DNA of 64,000 nucleotides from NCBI GenBank assembly GCA_012295275.1, contig CM022672.1, positions 1,178,001-1,242,000 of the forward strand, read 5' to 3'. Positions 13,691-28,177 of this stretch are shown here, in pieces; position 1 is the first letter of the stretch; every line of letters starts with the position of its first letter. The stretch comes from Chrysomallon squamiferum (taxonomy: Eukaryota; Animalia; Mollusca). Under the pieces are notes generated by a model that was not told where the DNA came from, made no database searches, and saw only the letters and a list, made by a program, of their open reading frames with translations. The position numbers were made by a program, and so were the translations under genes.

Positions 13691-13806
13691 TCTAATTACT
13701 TCCATAATTAGTTCTGTTTTATTGCTCTCTCTGTCTCTGTTTTTCTTTCTTTCTGTTTATGTCCCTCTGTTTCTGTGTCTCTATGTCTGTCTGTCTCTTC
13801 GTGTAT

Positions 13807-13954
<148 letters not shown>

Positions 13955-14314
13955 GTCCCCCTCTCTGTAATTTTTAACTGTCTTGTTATTTTTTCGATCA
14001 CACCAGTACGTGTAGCTATAGGGTTTCTTGTCAAGTAACATATGTTGAAAATGACAAGACATCGCACAGAGGTTCGTTTTCAGGGATCAGTAACATCGAA
14101 TATACGTCTTACGTCTGTGTACGCTGTATTACACGTCACGTCAATACAGAAACTCAGAAACAACACAGAGACAGAGACAGAAAACAAGATACAATTTATC
14201 TAGTTTCTCATCCCTTGTTGTAAGAGGTTAATTCAACGTGAAGGACAGCATCTGATTTCTTTTCAGTTGCTTTATTATATATACTGTTATAAATTATTAT
14301 ATTGCAGTCAATAT

Positions 14315-14615
14315 GTGTGTATGTATGTATGTATGTATGTATGTATGTATGTATGTATGAATGTATGTATGAATGTATGTCTGTCTGTATATATATATGT
14401 GTATATGGATGGATGGATATGTTTATGTGTGTATGTATGTGCATGTATGTATAGATAGATGTATGTATGCATGTCTAATGTTCTAATGTACGTATGTGCG
14501 AATGTATGTATATTTCTGATTACATATATATAAAACTATGCATGTTTGTAAGTATATATGCATGTATATATGTACGTATGTGTGTATATCTATATCAGAA
14601 ATATATATATATATA
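14315..14615. repeat. (TATG)n degenerate microsatellite
   Basis: Seen directly. Confidence 0.9.
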
Positions 14616-14963
14616 TCTGTCGGTCCTATAATATCTGTATTAATTTTAACCTATTATGCGACGTATTAAGCTGCTGTTGGTAAAATAACAATTCTAATAT
14701 ACTGTTCTAATATATTCCGACTCATGTCAAAGTAATATAAGTAATCAATTTATGTGTAAAATACAATACTGCTATATTGCTTTATTATAAGGTAACGACT
14801 TTTTTTCTGTCGCTTTAAATAAAACATTTCTCTAATATGGCAGATAAAGAAGAAAAAATACAGCGAGCTAATATTAATTTTATATTAAGTTTATTTCGAT
14901 AAGGATTTAAAGTCGTAACCAATATTATTAGATTACTTTATTTTATTTTAATTTTGTTTAATT

Positions 14964-15010
<47 letters not shown>

Positions 15011-15275
15011 TTTTATTTTTAGTTTTATTTCTTTCTTTAGTAACTTATTTGTTTGTTTGTTTATTTATTTATTTATGAATGCTTATTTATGATTTCATTT
15101 TATGTATTTGTTTTTATTTATTTGTTTTTGATTCAGTTATTTCGTCTATGAATTGCTTTGTGCAGTTTTCATCCTATAGTTCCTTACATTGTTGACACTG
15201 AAAGACTGACAGACAGACAGACAATCATCTGTATGTAATAATAAAACTGGACACACGTACGTAAAGTGCATGAGC

Positions 15276-15311
<36 letters not shown>

Positions 15312-15312
15312 T

Positions 15313-15348
<36 letters not shown>

Positions 15349-16323
15349 TTTTGTTTAAAGAGAACAGTAGCCATTCTTTTCAGAGGTACGTTATCTTATC
15401 AACGTCGTGGTCATCATCACCATCATCACAATTTTCACCAACAGCAGCAACATAATCATCATGAGTCTATAATAATATCAAAAGCATGACTAGTTTTTGA
15501 TTTCAACATTTTGATATTAGGTCAACAAGACATCAAAATAAAATTTGGTTAAAAAAGGTTATCACAGAAACAAGATATAAAATATTACAAATAAGTTTTT
15601 AAGAATATACATAAGTAAGTTAATAAAGATTAAAGAAGAAAAAAGAAACAACAAAACAACAACAAATTAACAAATAATAATAATAATAAAAAGAACATAC
15701 ATGCAAAGGGTTACTGCTTTTGATACAATATTAGTGAGGAAGAAATGTTTTATTTAATGATATGCTCGTTTTTAGTCTATTATTTTATGAAATTAAACTG
15801 TGGCTAAGATCAATAGAATTGAGAGAGGAAATATTATGCGAAAAATTCGAGAAATCACAAATGCTTTATTTTAATTTATTTATTTATTTACTTAATTATT
15901 TGTATACTTATTTGTTTACTTATTCGTTTATTTTATTTAAAGTTTTTGCATAAAATATTTAACACATCGATAAATTCTGATAATATTTCCTAAATGAAAG
16001 ATATTTTCATCTTACAGTTTAGGTTTATATTTATTCTGAAATTATTTTCGCGATTTATCTACTTCGCCGTCTTAAATATCTCGATACTTTTATTATAATT
16101 CCATTCTATTCTATAGGAACGTATTTACGAGGTGTTTGGGTACTTCAAATCACAGTTCTTTATTTTTATCATTGGTGGATTTGTGATAAATAATTATATC
16201 GATTCTACAAAGTAATATTCAGATGTCTCAACTTACATCCGCTAGAATTCTTCTAACAATAAAAAGTAGTTTCAAAATGTCACAAGGAATTCCGAAAAGC
16301 CATCGCGTTATGGACAAATTCAA

Positions 16324-16348
16324 TGACGTCAACAATATAATGACGTCA
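16324..16348. promoter_or_regulatory. Two TGACGTCA palindromes (CRE consensus) with starts 17 bp apart
   Basis: TGACGTCA at 16324-31 and 16341-48. Function unproven; may be part of an old repeat. Confidence 0.3.
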
Positions 16349-16407
16349 CAGAAATATGTATGCGAGTTACGGCTTGAAATAATGTTTGTCTGCCAAAAGA
16401 AAATTAA

Positions 16408-16466
16408 TACTAATTATTGGAAATTCATTTCTTTTCCGAAAGTAATTAATGCTTCTTCAGGTAAGT
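16408..16466 (+). other. Candidate recursive splice site (ratchet point) or 5' splice site, CAG|GTAAGT at 16460|16461
   Basis: TACTAAT (16408-14), pyrimidine tract (16424-37), and GCTTCTTCAG immediately followed by a perfect GTAAGT. Confidence 0.4.
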
Positions 16467-17364
16467 AATTCTTATTGTTAGTCTATCTGCAAAGGTTAGA
16501 GAGCAATCAGTGCATCTTACAATCAAATAAAGTGATGAGAGGATAATAAGACTCCATTTCTTTCTTGTTTCTTTTTATTATTTCCAATTTACTTATTTAT
16601 TTATTTATTTTTTTTATTTGTGAACAAACCATTTTTTTTTTTCCTTTCACCTAATAATATATTACATTGATTATCTTCCGTTTCGTTGTATCATTACTAT
16701 AATGCGTGACATAATGAAAGGTTAGGTAGTGCATGTTTATTTGATGTTACATGACTGCGTAATGTCTTTCAGCATTACGAATTGTTAAAGTAAACCTGTA
16801 CTATAACATTTTCGATTATTTATTATGGTTGTTGTTATTTATTTATTTATTTATAATAATAATAATAATAATAATAATTATTATTATTATTATTATTACT
16901 ATCATACTATCATTATTCATTGTTAATATTATTAAAATACTGATATACAGCTATCTCCATCTAATCATCCAATTCCTAATAACCCAAATAGCGCATGTCT
17001 CACTTAAAAATGTCAATAATCATTTAAAAGTTAATCATCATCATCGATATATCATCGTTGTCATCATCGTCATGATCATTATCATCATCTTCGACAACAT
17101 CGTCAACATCGTCATCATCGCTACCATGGTCATCATGATCGTGTCCTCTTTTTGATTTTTCTAATCCTTCTTCCTCTGCCAGTTCCGCCTCCAAGTCCTG
17201 TTCAAGCATCAAACACGTAATTATCACCACAACACGTAACAATTATAACATCCTTCAGCAGCAACAACGACAACAACAACAACGTCAACCATAACTTGAT
17301 GATCAGAACCATTTAGCCTCACAATTCTTACAGGATTGTGATAGCCAAGAAAAAAGACGATTCA

Positions 17365-17610
17365 CCCACAGCAGTCGCCTGCTTTGTTCGATATCTGTGT
17401 CATGGTAAATGACTGTTGAGTAATTGAATTTCGTTGTTCGCTGTCAGTGATGAATTTCCTTTGTCACCATCTAGAACGGCAACGCTGTGGGAAGAGAGGC
17501 GAAAACCAGACAATCGATGTATTGATTGAGGCATGCAAATCAGCTGTCGCCATTTTCATGCAAATAATTTTGTAAATTTTGATTGATTTTGTTCTTCGAG
17601 GAACCTCGGA
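17365..17610 (+). ncRNA. Structured RNA island
   Basis: CCCACAGC 17365-72/GCTGTGGG 17484-91 closing stem; GGCGA/TCGCC stem with an inner AATCGAT/ATTGATT; TTCGAGG-aa-CCTCGGA hairpin. Confidence 0.5.
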
Positions 17611-19316
17611 AATTCGAGAGTATAACCGTCTTTACCCGTTTAGAAATGATACAAATTTAATTTTTGCAAAAAATATAATGTATGTATATATTTGAAATAT
17701 ATATTTGGATGTCACATGGGCAGATTGAGTGGTGACAAAACGATTTTCACATTGCAATTTATTTATTGACAAACAATGTCATATTTATCATGCATGTAGG
17801 TTTAACAACTTATAATTATATGTCTATCGGTTCCATGATGATATTAGTCATTTCTGTTAACTGGACGATATATAGTTTCTTTTTAAAAAGATAATAAATT
17901 TTTGAAGTTTTTGAAGTCTTCATGCATTATAAGTTTTTAGATTAAACAAGTGTGTTGTACACACGAGTAAATACGGTAATTGTGAAAATATTATATTTCT
18001 TTATTTATTCATAACTCTTTTACTCATTCCCTCCATATATTATTATTATTATTATTTTATTATTTTTTTTTATTTGCTATAATTATGTCTATCAACACTA
18101 AGAATATACAATACGAGAATTTGACGTTGCCACATATTTACAAGTTACACTTCAAGTTATTTCATCACTTACGTGATTCAGTGAAATAAACTGTACACAC
18201 GGAAATGATCTGAAAACTAAACTGCTTGATTTGTGTCTTACGATCTGGTGTCCATTACTAAGTGACATCTTTAAATGTTAACTTCTATTTCGTCACGCGA
18301 TCTTTCTGAAACAGTGGTTAGGAACGAAGTGTTTTGTTTCGATGGCAAATCTAAAACTTGCGAAACGACCACTTTAACAAGTAATTCTTCTCATTACTAG
18401 AAAGATAACTGGGAAAAGAACGTGGTAGGTGCTGTCCTTTCTATCTGTATGTTTGAACGTTGCTTGAGAAAAGAATGTAGCTGGAGACAATGCGATCAAA
18501 AGATTTCATATTCTGTTGTTGCTAATTGACGTAGCCAATGAAGTGGCGGCCGTAACTTTATTCACTCTATGACAACAGCAGCAGCAACGGCAGCAGCAGC
18601 AGCAACAACAACAACAACAATTGTGATTACAACCAAAAACGCCCATTTATGCATGACAATTGATAATCGTGCACATATTCTGAAGTATCGTTAAATATAA
18701 ATTTATTCATTCATTTAGTTAAAGGTTGTATATAAAAGAAAGTGTAGCATTTCGAGAGAAAAATATAAAATAAGCATTTCAGTTTTTGTGACAAACTAAA
18801 ACAAGACGGAAATAAACGCCGTCAACATTTATTAACTATTGGCTTCAAGATGTATTATTATTACTATTACTTTTTTTCAGTATAAATTTCCGAGCTTCTC
18901 TCTTTTTATAATTGGTTAGATTAAGATGCTGTTTCTGTCAATGTTTGTTACTAGTAAAAAATACATTACTGTCAGTAGTAATACTATGAATGTCAGTTTT
19001 GAGGTTTTTGTAAGACGAGTTGACATATTTTATATTAGTGTGTAGAAAACGGGATTTGAATAGAAAACATGTTCTTCAATTGCTTTCAGCAGTTACCAAA
19101 TGACGTAATTATAATGTAAATAGAATTAATAACTTACGAACATAAAATCGAGAAATGAATAAAGAAACTTGTATAAAAAATATATTAAAATTGAAAATAT
19201 ATTGAGTTATCCTTAAGCAACTATCAATAAATATTGATACAGAAAAGATAAAAAAAAAAAGAAAGAAACAAACTCGTTTAATGTACAAAACTATGATACT
19301 GGCAATAAAATAAAAT

Positions 19317-19355
<39 letters not shown>

Positions 19356-19407
19356 AAATCAGAACTAATGAGTTAACACTTAAAAGCAGTGAAAACCATT
19401 GAACACT

Positions 19408-19695
19408 ACTTTCCTTTACAGAAAGCCGTTGATATGGCGAAACCCCGAAAACGACCGATATCAACCTAAAACACATTTCATCTAGGAAAGTTTGATGTGG
19501 GCGATGGAAGCTAAAATGAAAATGAGATCGCATTAGGAAGAGCTAACCGCGAGCCGACATGAAGCTGCTCGCTGGGCTTTGTCAGTTCGGAGCGAGTTGA
19601 CGCGTTGCTGCCGTCGCGTGACTGCGAGTGTTACAGAAGGTATCTCCCGCAGTTTAACAGCGATCCTAGGTGGCAGGTTTAAACGGGCAGTGACG
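19408..19695 (+). ncRNA. Structured RNA island
   Basis: ACTTTCCT 19408-15/AGGAAAGT 19484-91 encloses GTTGATAT 19428-35/ATATCAAC 19458-65; GCTCGCT 19567-73/AGCGAGT 19591-97; CGTTGCTGCC 19603-12/GGCAGTGACG 19686-95 (2 G-U) encloses ACTGCG 19621-26/CGCAGT 19648-53. Confidence 0.65.
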
Positions 19696-21357
19696 AAATA
19701 AATACTTAACAGTAGCGATAAAGAAGTTTTATGACGCAATACCTTCACTAAACTCTTCGGATTTATTTTGTCAGGAAATTGCACAATGTGTCAAAATTGA
19801 TTTTTTTTTTTCTACTTTGGTAAACTGTGCATTAAATTCAGCAAAAATAGAGAAAGTAAAGAAAAAAATCAGAAAAAAAAAGAAGAAGAAGAAGATGAAA
19901 ATGAAAGAAAGGAATGAAACTGGTCGTTTTTGCTGATTGATTTGAATTTTGATGCCTCTTGGGGTTTTCAACTTGAATCTCAGACGCTTTCACTTTGCTA
20001 TACACAGTTAATAATTGTCTTCTTCTTTTCCTTGTTTGTCTTATGTATGTCTGTCATAAGAGAGATAGATAATACCTGCTATCTTCAGTCCATTAAGTAC
20101 TGTTATTTACTATAAACACATTTCAAAAACACAACACGATCTGTTGTAAGTTACTCGTAATGCACTGTACGAAAAAAAGAAAGAAAAAATTAAAAGAAAT
20201 TAGGCAGTTTACATATTATTACAATCACTACAAAAGTAGAAGACGACTGTTAAGAAATACAATTACACTTTTTATCGATTCAACAAAAAAAAAAAACTAA
20301 AAAAATTTTTTTTTTTTTTTTTACTATCTGTACCGGAAATCGAAAAGGTTTCGCTAAATAATAGATTATTAAAGAACAAGGAACTGCCTGAAGAATCGAG
20401 GCTCAGAGAATTTAAAGAACAACGTTCATCTGAGAGTAAATTGCAGGTCACCTTCTAAACCTCGGCGTAGACTCGTGTCCCTGGAGTCGCTGAACGTAAA
20501 TGAAAGAATATATTTAGTTTCTACAGTTACCTGCGCCGGTGGTTGTATTATATTCCACTCGATTAATGACTTCCGATGATGTCTTCACAACACTGCGAAA
20601 TAACATGTTTCCTGGCAGATGGTGGTGCTGATGAAGGCATCAAAGAATTGTCCCCAGAGGCTGGTCCTTGCTGTGTGCAAGCCGTGGTGTCATCAACACC
20701 AGTTTCTCTGTATTTCGACGACACTGCGGCGAGTGACAAACACACGAAATAATTAACTTTTAACCTCGGCTGATCCGAGTGTTGACGACAGCTCTGCAAG
20801 GTCGTCCGGGGTGATGGATGAAGGGATAGAAAAAGAGGATGAGGTTATGACAAAAATTTAGGATGAATTAAGAGAATCAAAAGCATTTGGGAATATTGGT
20901 GCTTTTAATGAATACTTTGAAACAGCCTCAGAATGATGGTTGATAGCCTCTTACATCGATTCTCCGCAAAAGACAGAGTACATTCGTACCCAAAAGTGTT
21001 TTCATGACAGAAATAAAATAGAGACAATTATAGTATATTTTCCCATCGTTGCTCTTAGGAACTGAAGCGGAGAAAGTATAGAAAAGTATTTGATATTGTG
21101 TATGTTCGTATATGTATAAGTACATGTATGTATGTGTACATGTGCTTATGGAAGAATGTATCTCTGTGATTCCAGGCATTGCACCCAGGAATATATTTCT
21201 CTTCAAACCAAACGTCAGCATTAAATTAATTTTATTTTTAAAGCATTGACTGGACTATTACAAAAAAATATATATAATTTTTCACTTTATGTATAGATAC
21301 ACACACATACACACATACATTCATGCATCTATGTTCATCCAAACATACAAACGTATA

Positions 21358-21391
<34 letters not shown>

Positions 21392-22343
21392 TGTCTGTGC
21401 CTGTGTGGGCATGTATGGGCATGTGTGTGTACAAAAAGGATATAATAAAGACTGTTTGTTTCTTTCAATAATGTTTTTCTCTTAAAGGAGTTTGGATTTT
21501 GATGGATATTCTATATTAAAAACATAATTCATTCTAAAAAATTAAAACTAACCACTAAAGTGTTGGGTCATTCAATTTGCTCATACTTGGAGGTCAAGAT
21601 AAGGTAAATTTTGATATTAATAAATTCATATAAACATATAGAAAACAACAATTATAGTTATAAAATCAACCAATTATTAAAAGAAAAATCAGCAATTATA
21701 TAACCAAAATTTCCATCGAACAGTAATACTTATATTATAAAGTGAATAATACATTTTTAAAACAACTAGATCTTTTTTTTATTTAAAATTGCTAGAATTT
21801 AATTTCATCATTTAAATATACTGTTTCATTTCCCCGCCATAAATTAAGATTCTCTCCCATCCATTAATAACATTGGGATGTTTTTCACTTATTTGCAAAT
21901 AATAAATAAGTTTGCATTAATTAGACACATTCTTAAGCTAAAATAATCTGTTTCTCTGTTTTTAATACGACAGAACACGAGACTTCTCATTCCGCTCAAC
22001 TTCTTTGATATGATATTTCTTTCATTACTCCATTTTTCATCTGTTCATCCATCATTTCAGACACTCTCACAAAAAAAAAACTCCAGCATTCAAAACAAAT
22101 GAAATTAATAAATAAAAACAAGCAGCGAAAAAAGCCAGTATCTAATAAGAACTTTCAACAATAAGCAATAGAAGAAAATAAGATACCATCAATTTCCCAT
22201 TCAGTTTGTAATTTTAATTCATATTTCAAATATAAATTAAAAAACAACAACAACAAGAACAGAATAACGTATCTATAATCGAAACAAACTGTTTTCATTT
22301 CGATATCTTCAACTGCTTTAAACTTGAGAGAATCTGACACCAT

Positions 22344-22700
22344 CTTGCCGACAACAGGAAGTCGGAAGAGGAAGTGAGAACAGCAAGATCGATTCCGTTT
22401 CGCGTGTTACTCCGAAGGATGTTTGGAAAAGCTTTGTCTTCTGGAAGCAAACAGCGTCTGACAACAGGAATATGTACGATCACTGCTTGCTCGCTCCCTG
22501 GGGCCTGCTGAACTACATCGGAGCTCCCGACTTCTATAACTGACCTGTCACCGCTAACAATATCGTAATCGGAACGATAATAAAACGTCCATCAGCGACT
22601 GTGATGGGGTCTAATAGATCCATGGGCGCATGCAAATGACATTTGTATTGCATTACCACGAACCATCAGTTTCAGAATCCATCGATTGACAGTGTGACAT
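22344..22700 (+). ncRNA. Structured RNA island
   Basis: CTTGC/GCAAG with inner CCGAC/GTCGG; TCGG/CCGA; TATCGT 22561-66/ACGATA 22574-79; TGCAAAT/ATTTGTA (G-U). Confidence 0.5.
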
Positions 22701-23518
22701 CTGCAATCAGACCTCATGCTGTCGTCGTTGTGTGACCCAGTTTGCGGTGTTTAATTACATCATTCTGAACCATGAACTTAAAGTGTAAAGTGCGTACATG
22801 CCCAATCACGGATACCGACCGATATTTTTTTTATCTTTGCAATGGAATTTGCTTCATCTTTAAACTTTACTTCATCAATATGTGACAGTCTCCTTTTCTC
22901 AGAAATTTTGGTTACATCTTTACAGTTATTCAATCTTAATATCAGTATTTCTATCAGTAATAATAACAATAATAACAACAGCAGCAGCAGCAACAACAAC
23001 AATAACAATAGTACTAGTAATAGTAGACAAAGTAATTATAATAGTGGTGGTAGTGGTAATAACAGTAGTACAGTACTAGTAGTAACAGCAGTACTAATAA
23101 TTATAACTACAAATTTACAGTGGTGCTCCATTCAGACGATGACATCATATGACAACTGCAATTACGTTAAGAAGGAAACAAATAAAAAAAGAGAAGAAGA
23201 AGAAAACTGAAAATATAAACGTCCAGCAAGCTTTGCTTTATAATCGGCTTTCTGCTTGCAGATTCAGCTGTGTTGATAGTTATTCTCTTTCATGCTAAAG
23301 TCTTTAAGAAAGCTTTGCATCGTTTAACATTGTCTTGAAAACATTTATAATTGGCAAACCCTAACAGCACATTCACTGACGAAGTGGCCAAATCACTGAT
23401 CACAGGATCGCGCAGTTACCACGAAGCAGACAGCGCCATCATCATCTTCATCTTATTTCTGTTCTTGTGATTGCTATTCTTTTCATTCTTGTTATACGTT
23501 TGTCATTGTTGTTTGTTG

Positions 23519-23550
<32 letters not shown>

Positions 23551-25374
23551 GCTACTACTACTGTTAACATTAATTTATAATTTTAAAGCTATATTATTTA
23601 AAATAACTAATTTTCGTTCTTGTCATTAACTCGGATTTTCATTGTTTAAGCTGACATAAAGTTTAAAATAATTAAAATAATTTGTTTTCTATTATTATAT
23701 ATATATACATTTATATCCTTTTTTTTGTCAGACCTTTTCTGAAAATAGTTTTGTTTTATTTGTTTGGGTGAAGGAATATATAAGCTAAATATGATGCAAA
23801 GACTACCTTGTGGAAGGAAAACAGTGCAATAAATGATGGCAACTTTTGATCAAATTTGAGCAATAGTAAACACAAAAGCTCTAAAGCTTCATAACCCTTG
23901 TTTAAAAAAAAGAAAGGGAATCAGACAAAAAGGAGAGAAGACCGTTCGCTCCTCGGGGTTTACGTTGTTCAGTTTCAGATTTAGACTCAGGTTTAGATTC
24001 AGCTTTAGGGATAAGTTTGTGCAAGATCAAATATTACCTCACTGAATGCACGTAGTCGCTGCAGCGATCGGAAGTAATTCCAAGATAACCGCTACACCGC
24101 ATGAATACTAAATCACTCTAACAAAACACAAACAGCTTATAATTCTTATAATAGGTTAGAGACATCGATTTATATATCTTCCTTCTCATCTCATTCTGAA
24201 GTAAGCGGGATGTAATCATCTTGATTCAGATAATTGCATACTTCCACGTCTTAGGCAGACGATATCGATCAGTTTCGCGCCATATTTTAACCTACGCTTT
24301 TGCACGAGAAACATCAAAATTTCCGATCGACCTAGTATTAATTTTTTTTTTCTTACCACCTGTCCAATTAAAGAAATCTTTTTCTTCGTCAGAGATTTTA
24401 TCAAGTACAGCTGGAATTTCCAAAAATACGGTGCTTCTAATGCCTACTGAACGAATCTGAACACTTAATTTGTTTTAAAGAAAAAGTGGAGAATTCAAAT
24501 AAAAAAAAAAAAAAACGTTAACAGAAAAAGAAACCGAGAAAAAAGTGTTTGTAATCAATTAGCAAACTAGCAGAGAGCATGCAGTGCATTGGAAATCCTT
24601 GGCTTTGACTAAATCGAAAATGCTGGCATTCTCAGAGATTGATGGGGTGGGGCTGACGTTCACTGGTTAGATCACGTGACTGTTACGTCGTACTGTTTTA
24701 CGTCTCAGTCTCTGTCCAGTGTCTAAGTTGATCGTTTTTATTAGTCTGCATGTTCTTTTTCTTAGTTTGTTGTTGTTGTTATTTTCCCAAAATATTCACT
24801 CTTTGATTCAGGAATCATAGCACTTGTAACTGAAAGGAGGTTAGCATTTAGATAACAAATATTATTAGAACCAGTGTGTGTGTGTGTGTGTGTGTGTGCG
24901 TGTGTGTGTGTTCTAGTGTGGCTATTTCTATATGTATTGAAAACAAAGCAGCTTACTGAAGGCTCATTCGTACTAATATTAAAGCTACTAACCATGGAAG
25001 TTTAGTATGAACGATGGAATGAATAGACTTTATGGATTAGACCCATGTTAACGTTTCCTACATAACAATTTCATTTTCAGGATGAAAAACATGATATCCG
25101 GATAAAGGGCAAAACAAAATGGTTAAATTTATGCAAAATCACGTATCCGTGATCGATATGTTGCAAACGGCAAAGACAAGCTTATTTTCAGGCAATTTTA
25201 ATGATGAATCTGGTTAGAAGTACGAGGTCCCACGTCTTTCGATGCTGGCTGAAGAAGAAGATATATCAGATTTTGAAGACTAAGTCACTTTCCTTATTGC
25301 TTGCGTTCAGTGGAAAAGGCTATGTTATCACTTCATTTGATGCTTGTCATGAAAGGTATTCTATTAAAACCTGC

Positions 25375-25397
25375 ATTACTGCAGCTACTACTACTAT

Positions 25398-25447
<50 letters not shown>

Positions 25448-25640
25448 TTACCACTACTACTACTACTTCTACTACTACTATTACTACTACTTCCACTATT
25501 ACTATTACTACTTCTACTATTTCTATTACAATATTACATGACTACTACACGATACTACTAGTATTGCTGCAGCTATTGCTGTTGCTGCTACTATTACTGT
25601 TGCTACTGCTGCTGGTGATAATAATAATTATTATATTACT
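25375..25640. repeat. (ACT)n/(GCT)n microsatellite
   Basis: Seen directly. Confidence 0.9.
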
Positions 25641-26885
25641 ATTTTTCTACCGCTACTAAAACTAGAAGCACAACCATTGCCATCAACATCACCACTACTG
25701 CTATTATCACTGCTTCAGTATGCGTATTGCTATTACTTTTGTTATCAAAGGAATTATGCTACTGTTGTATTACGATTAATAATAACAAACAAAACAACAA
25801 CAAAAAAGCCCACAAAAAACCACCACCTACTACTACTACTACTACTATTATTATTACAATATGCAATAATTAATATATTCCTCTGCTGAGAATCTACTTT
25901 CAAAACCAAGAATACAGAACTGCATCTTTACAAATTATCGAGACCCTTCAATTGCATAAATCGCTTTATTTCTTTTCTTTTTCTTTCTTTTTTCTTTCTT
26001 TCTTTCTTTTTTTTTGTTTTGTTGTTATTTTGATAAACTTGTTTTTAATATACTGTTTTTCTTATCAAAGCTTCTTCGTTAGCAGATTTCCAAAACTAAT
26101 TTTTTTTCTCGGCTCTTTGATATGCCATGTTATTTCTTGTTTTTGACTCGTGAAATTCTCTCATAGCGGTTCTTGCAGGGATTGTCGTAAAATAATCCTC
26201 TTCATTGATCTGATGGTTGGTTAGGTCAACAGAAGTAAGTCAAAATGTTACTTCCCATAACTAGCATAGTTTAAAACTGGAAAAGGCTATTTGTGCTGTT
26301 TATGTGTTTCTAATCAGACAAATGTTCATGGTCCTGTACAAATGTTTGTTATATACATATTTATATATCAAAACGATCATCGTTGTCAATATCATATAAT
26401 CAATGAATGAAAGAAAAAATTAATATATTAATGTACGTATATTCGTAAATAATTGCGTGTACGTATAAATATTTGTGTGCATGTGTGTATGTATTAAACT
26501 ATATGCTCAAAAACGATTCGGTAGATTCTTCGTACATGTTGTATACGTTAAAAATTGCGAGTACCTCTGTGAAACGACATCGATTCGCGCCTGGAACTCT
26601 GTGTATGGTATCAGTGAATCACCCTAAGAACTGAAAACAAAGTTTTGATGAGATATTTATCGATTTCCCCTTAGAAGAAGATAATAATGTCGTATCTTTC
26701 TTTTTCTACCACGATAGTCTTTTTTAAAACATGAATGATGTTGGATACTGAAAAAATCTGTGGACTGATGTCACAGTTAAGTAGCTATCTGGTCCAGTCA
26801 GACAGTCTGTGTACATTTCTCAACATTATTGCTGAGTGAAACGCAACCGGTTTATTTGCAGACAACTATGTTACTAATGATCCGG

Positions 26886-27087
26886 CCATGGAGGTGGCCC
26901 GAATGGTGTACCGTAAATCCTACGGAACAGGATTAGTTTCTAATTAAGATCTGTTAGGCATGTTATCCATGGTCCGAATAGTCTACCTTAAATCCTATGG
27001 AATAACACGACTTTCTAATTAAATTCTGAGGGAGCCGTTCAAATAGACCCATTCGGTCTACCGTAAATCGTATAGAATATGATTAGA
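26886..27087. repeat. Degenerate minisatellite, 75-bp period, about 2.5 copies
   Basis: Core TACC(G/T)TAAATC(C/G)TA(C/T)(G/A)GAA starts at 26909, 26984 and 27059. Confidence 0.85.
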
Positions 27088-28177
27088 AGCGTTCTGGTGT
27101 TCGTACAGAATACAGATATAGCATACTTATGTCAATGTATATTTCAATGTATATTTAAATCTCTATGTTTTGAAGTGATCAACGACTGTAACGTCTGTAT
27201 GTGTAATTTATATAACTCCCTCAGGACTTCGGATGAGATCTGAAAACGATGATCTAGATGATTCAATACTTTTGACTGTACATCTGTTTGAAAGAAACAA
27301 ATACTGAAACTGTATGGACAGATCTTTTCCTAACTTTTACAGTAGTTTATTGTTTTCTTAAATAAATCAATAAATCAAAATAAAAATGAGAAAAGTTTCG
27401 TTTTAAGGATTATGCTCGCAGTAATCACTATATCGGGTCTAAATATAACACATAACTCTGTAATAGAAATATAAAATAAAACAGTAAAGGAGAAATATTA
27501 AACTATTTTAAAACAATTGTTTTATAGGTTTTACGGTATTTCTTGGCAGCAGTCTACATTGAATACCAATAGTCTCCTAAGCAGTCAGTTCTAGTTAATT
27601 TGATATTTCTATATGTAACTGGAAAAGTTGATGTCTAAAAGAAAGAGAGAAACTGGAAGGAGAAAGACTCGCAAATCCCATCTCCTTTTGATGTTTTTCT
27701 TTAGATTTTACGGTAGCTGTTTTTTCAACGTAGTCCTACTGCCACTGTCCATCACGTACGAGAACGCTTTCTGCGTTTCGTTATGACCACTAATGTCCTG
27801 TCATGTCTTCAAATTCTTAGTACCTAAATAGTTTGTGCAGACACCATAATCGCTCGTTATTTTCGAAGCAAGCAGACAATTATGTTTCAATCTGACATTT
27901 ATCTGTCTGTGGGACTATTGGACCTAACTAAGCCGTGAACCCAGGTTTTCGTTTGTTTTTCTGTCAGAAGAATGAAAGCAAATGGGCGGATAATAACACA
28001 CGCTTGCGCCAATTGTGACGGGAATGGAGAATCTCACGCTGAGGCTCGTTAACGTCAATCTCAGAGAAACAGGAATGCGTAATCCCTTTAAAGGGAGATA
28101 ACTACTGCAAAGCGGAAACACTGCTCTATGCCTTTGCAGCTATTGAAATTATAATTAGCCATTACTGTCCACACCAA

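Noticed and set aside
16223-16468. 81-aa non-repetitive ORF ending at a GTAAGT donor
   Set aside because: No recognisable protein similarity and a weak upstream acceptor; kept only as an alternative reading of the splice signal.
20563-20799. Minus-strand ORFs over GC-richer islands (also 19533-19784, 22295-22483, 38628-38858, 59193-59507) as exons of a - strand gene
   Set aside because: No consistent splice sites or protein motifs; the GC content is better explained by + strand stems.
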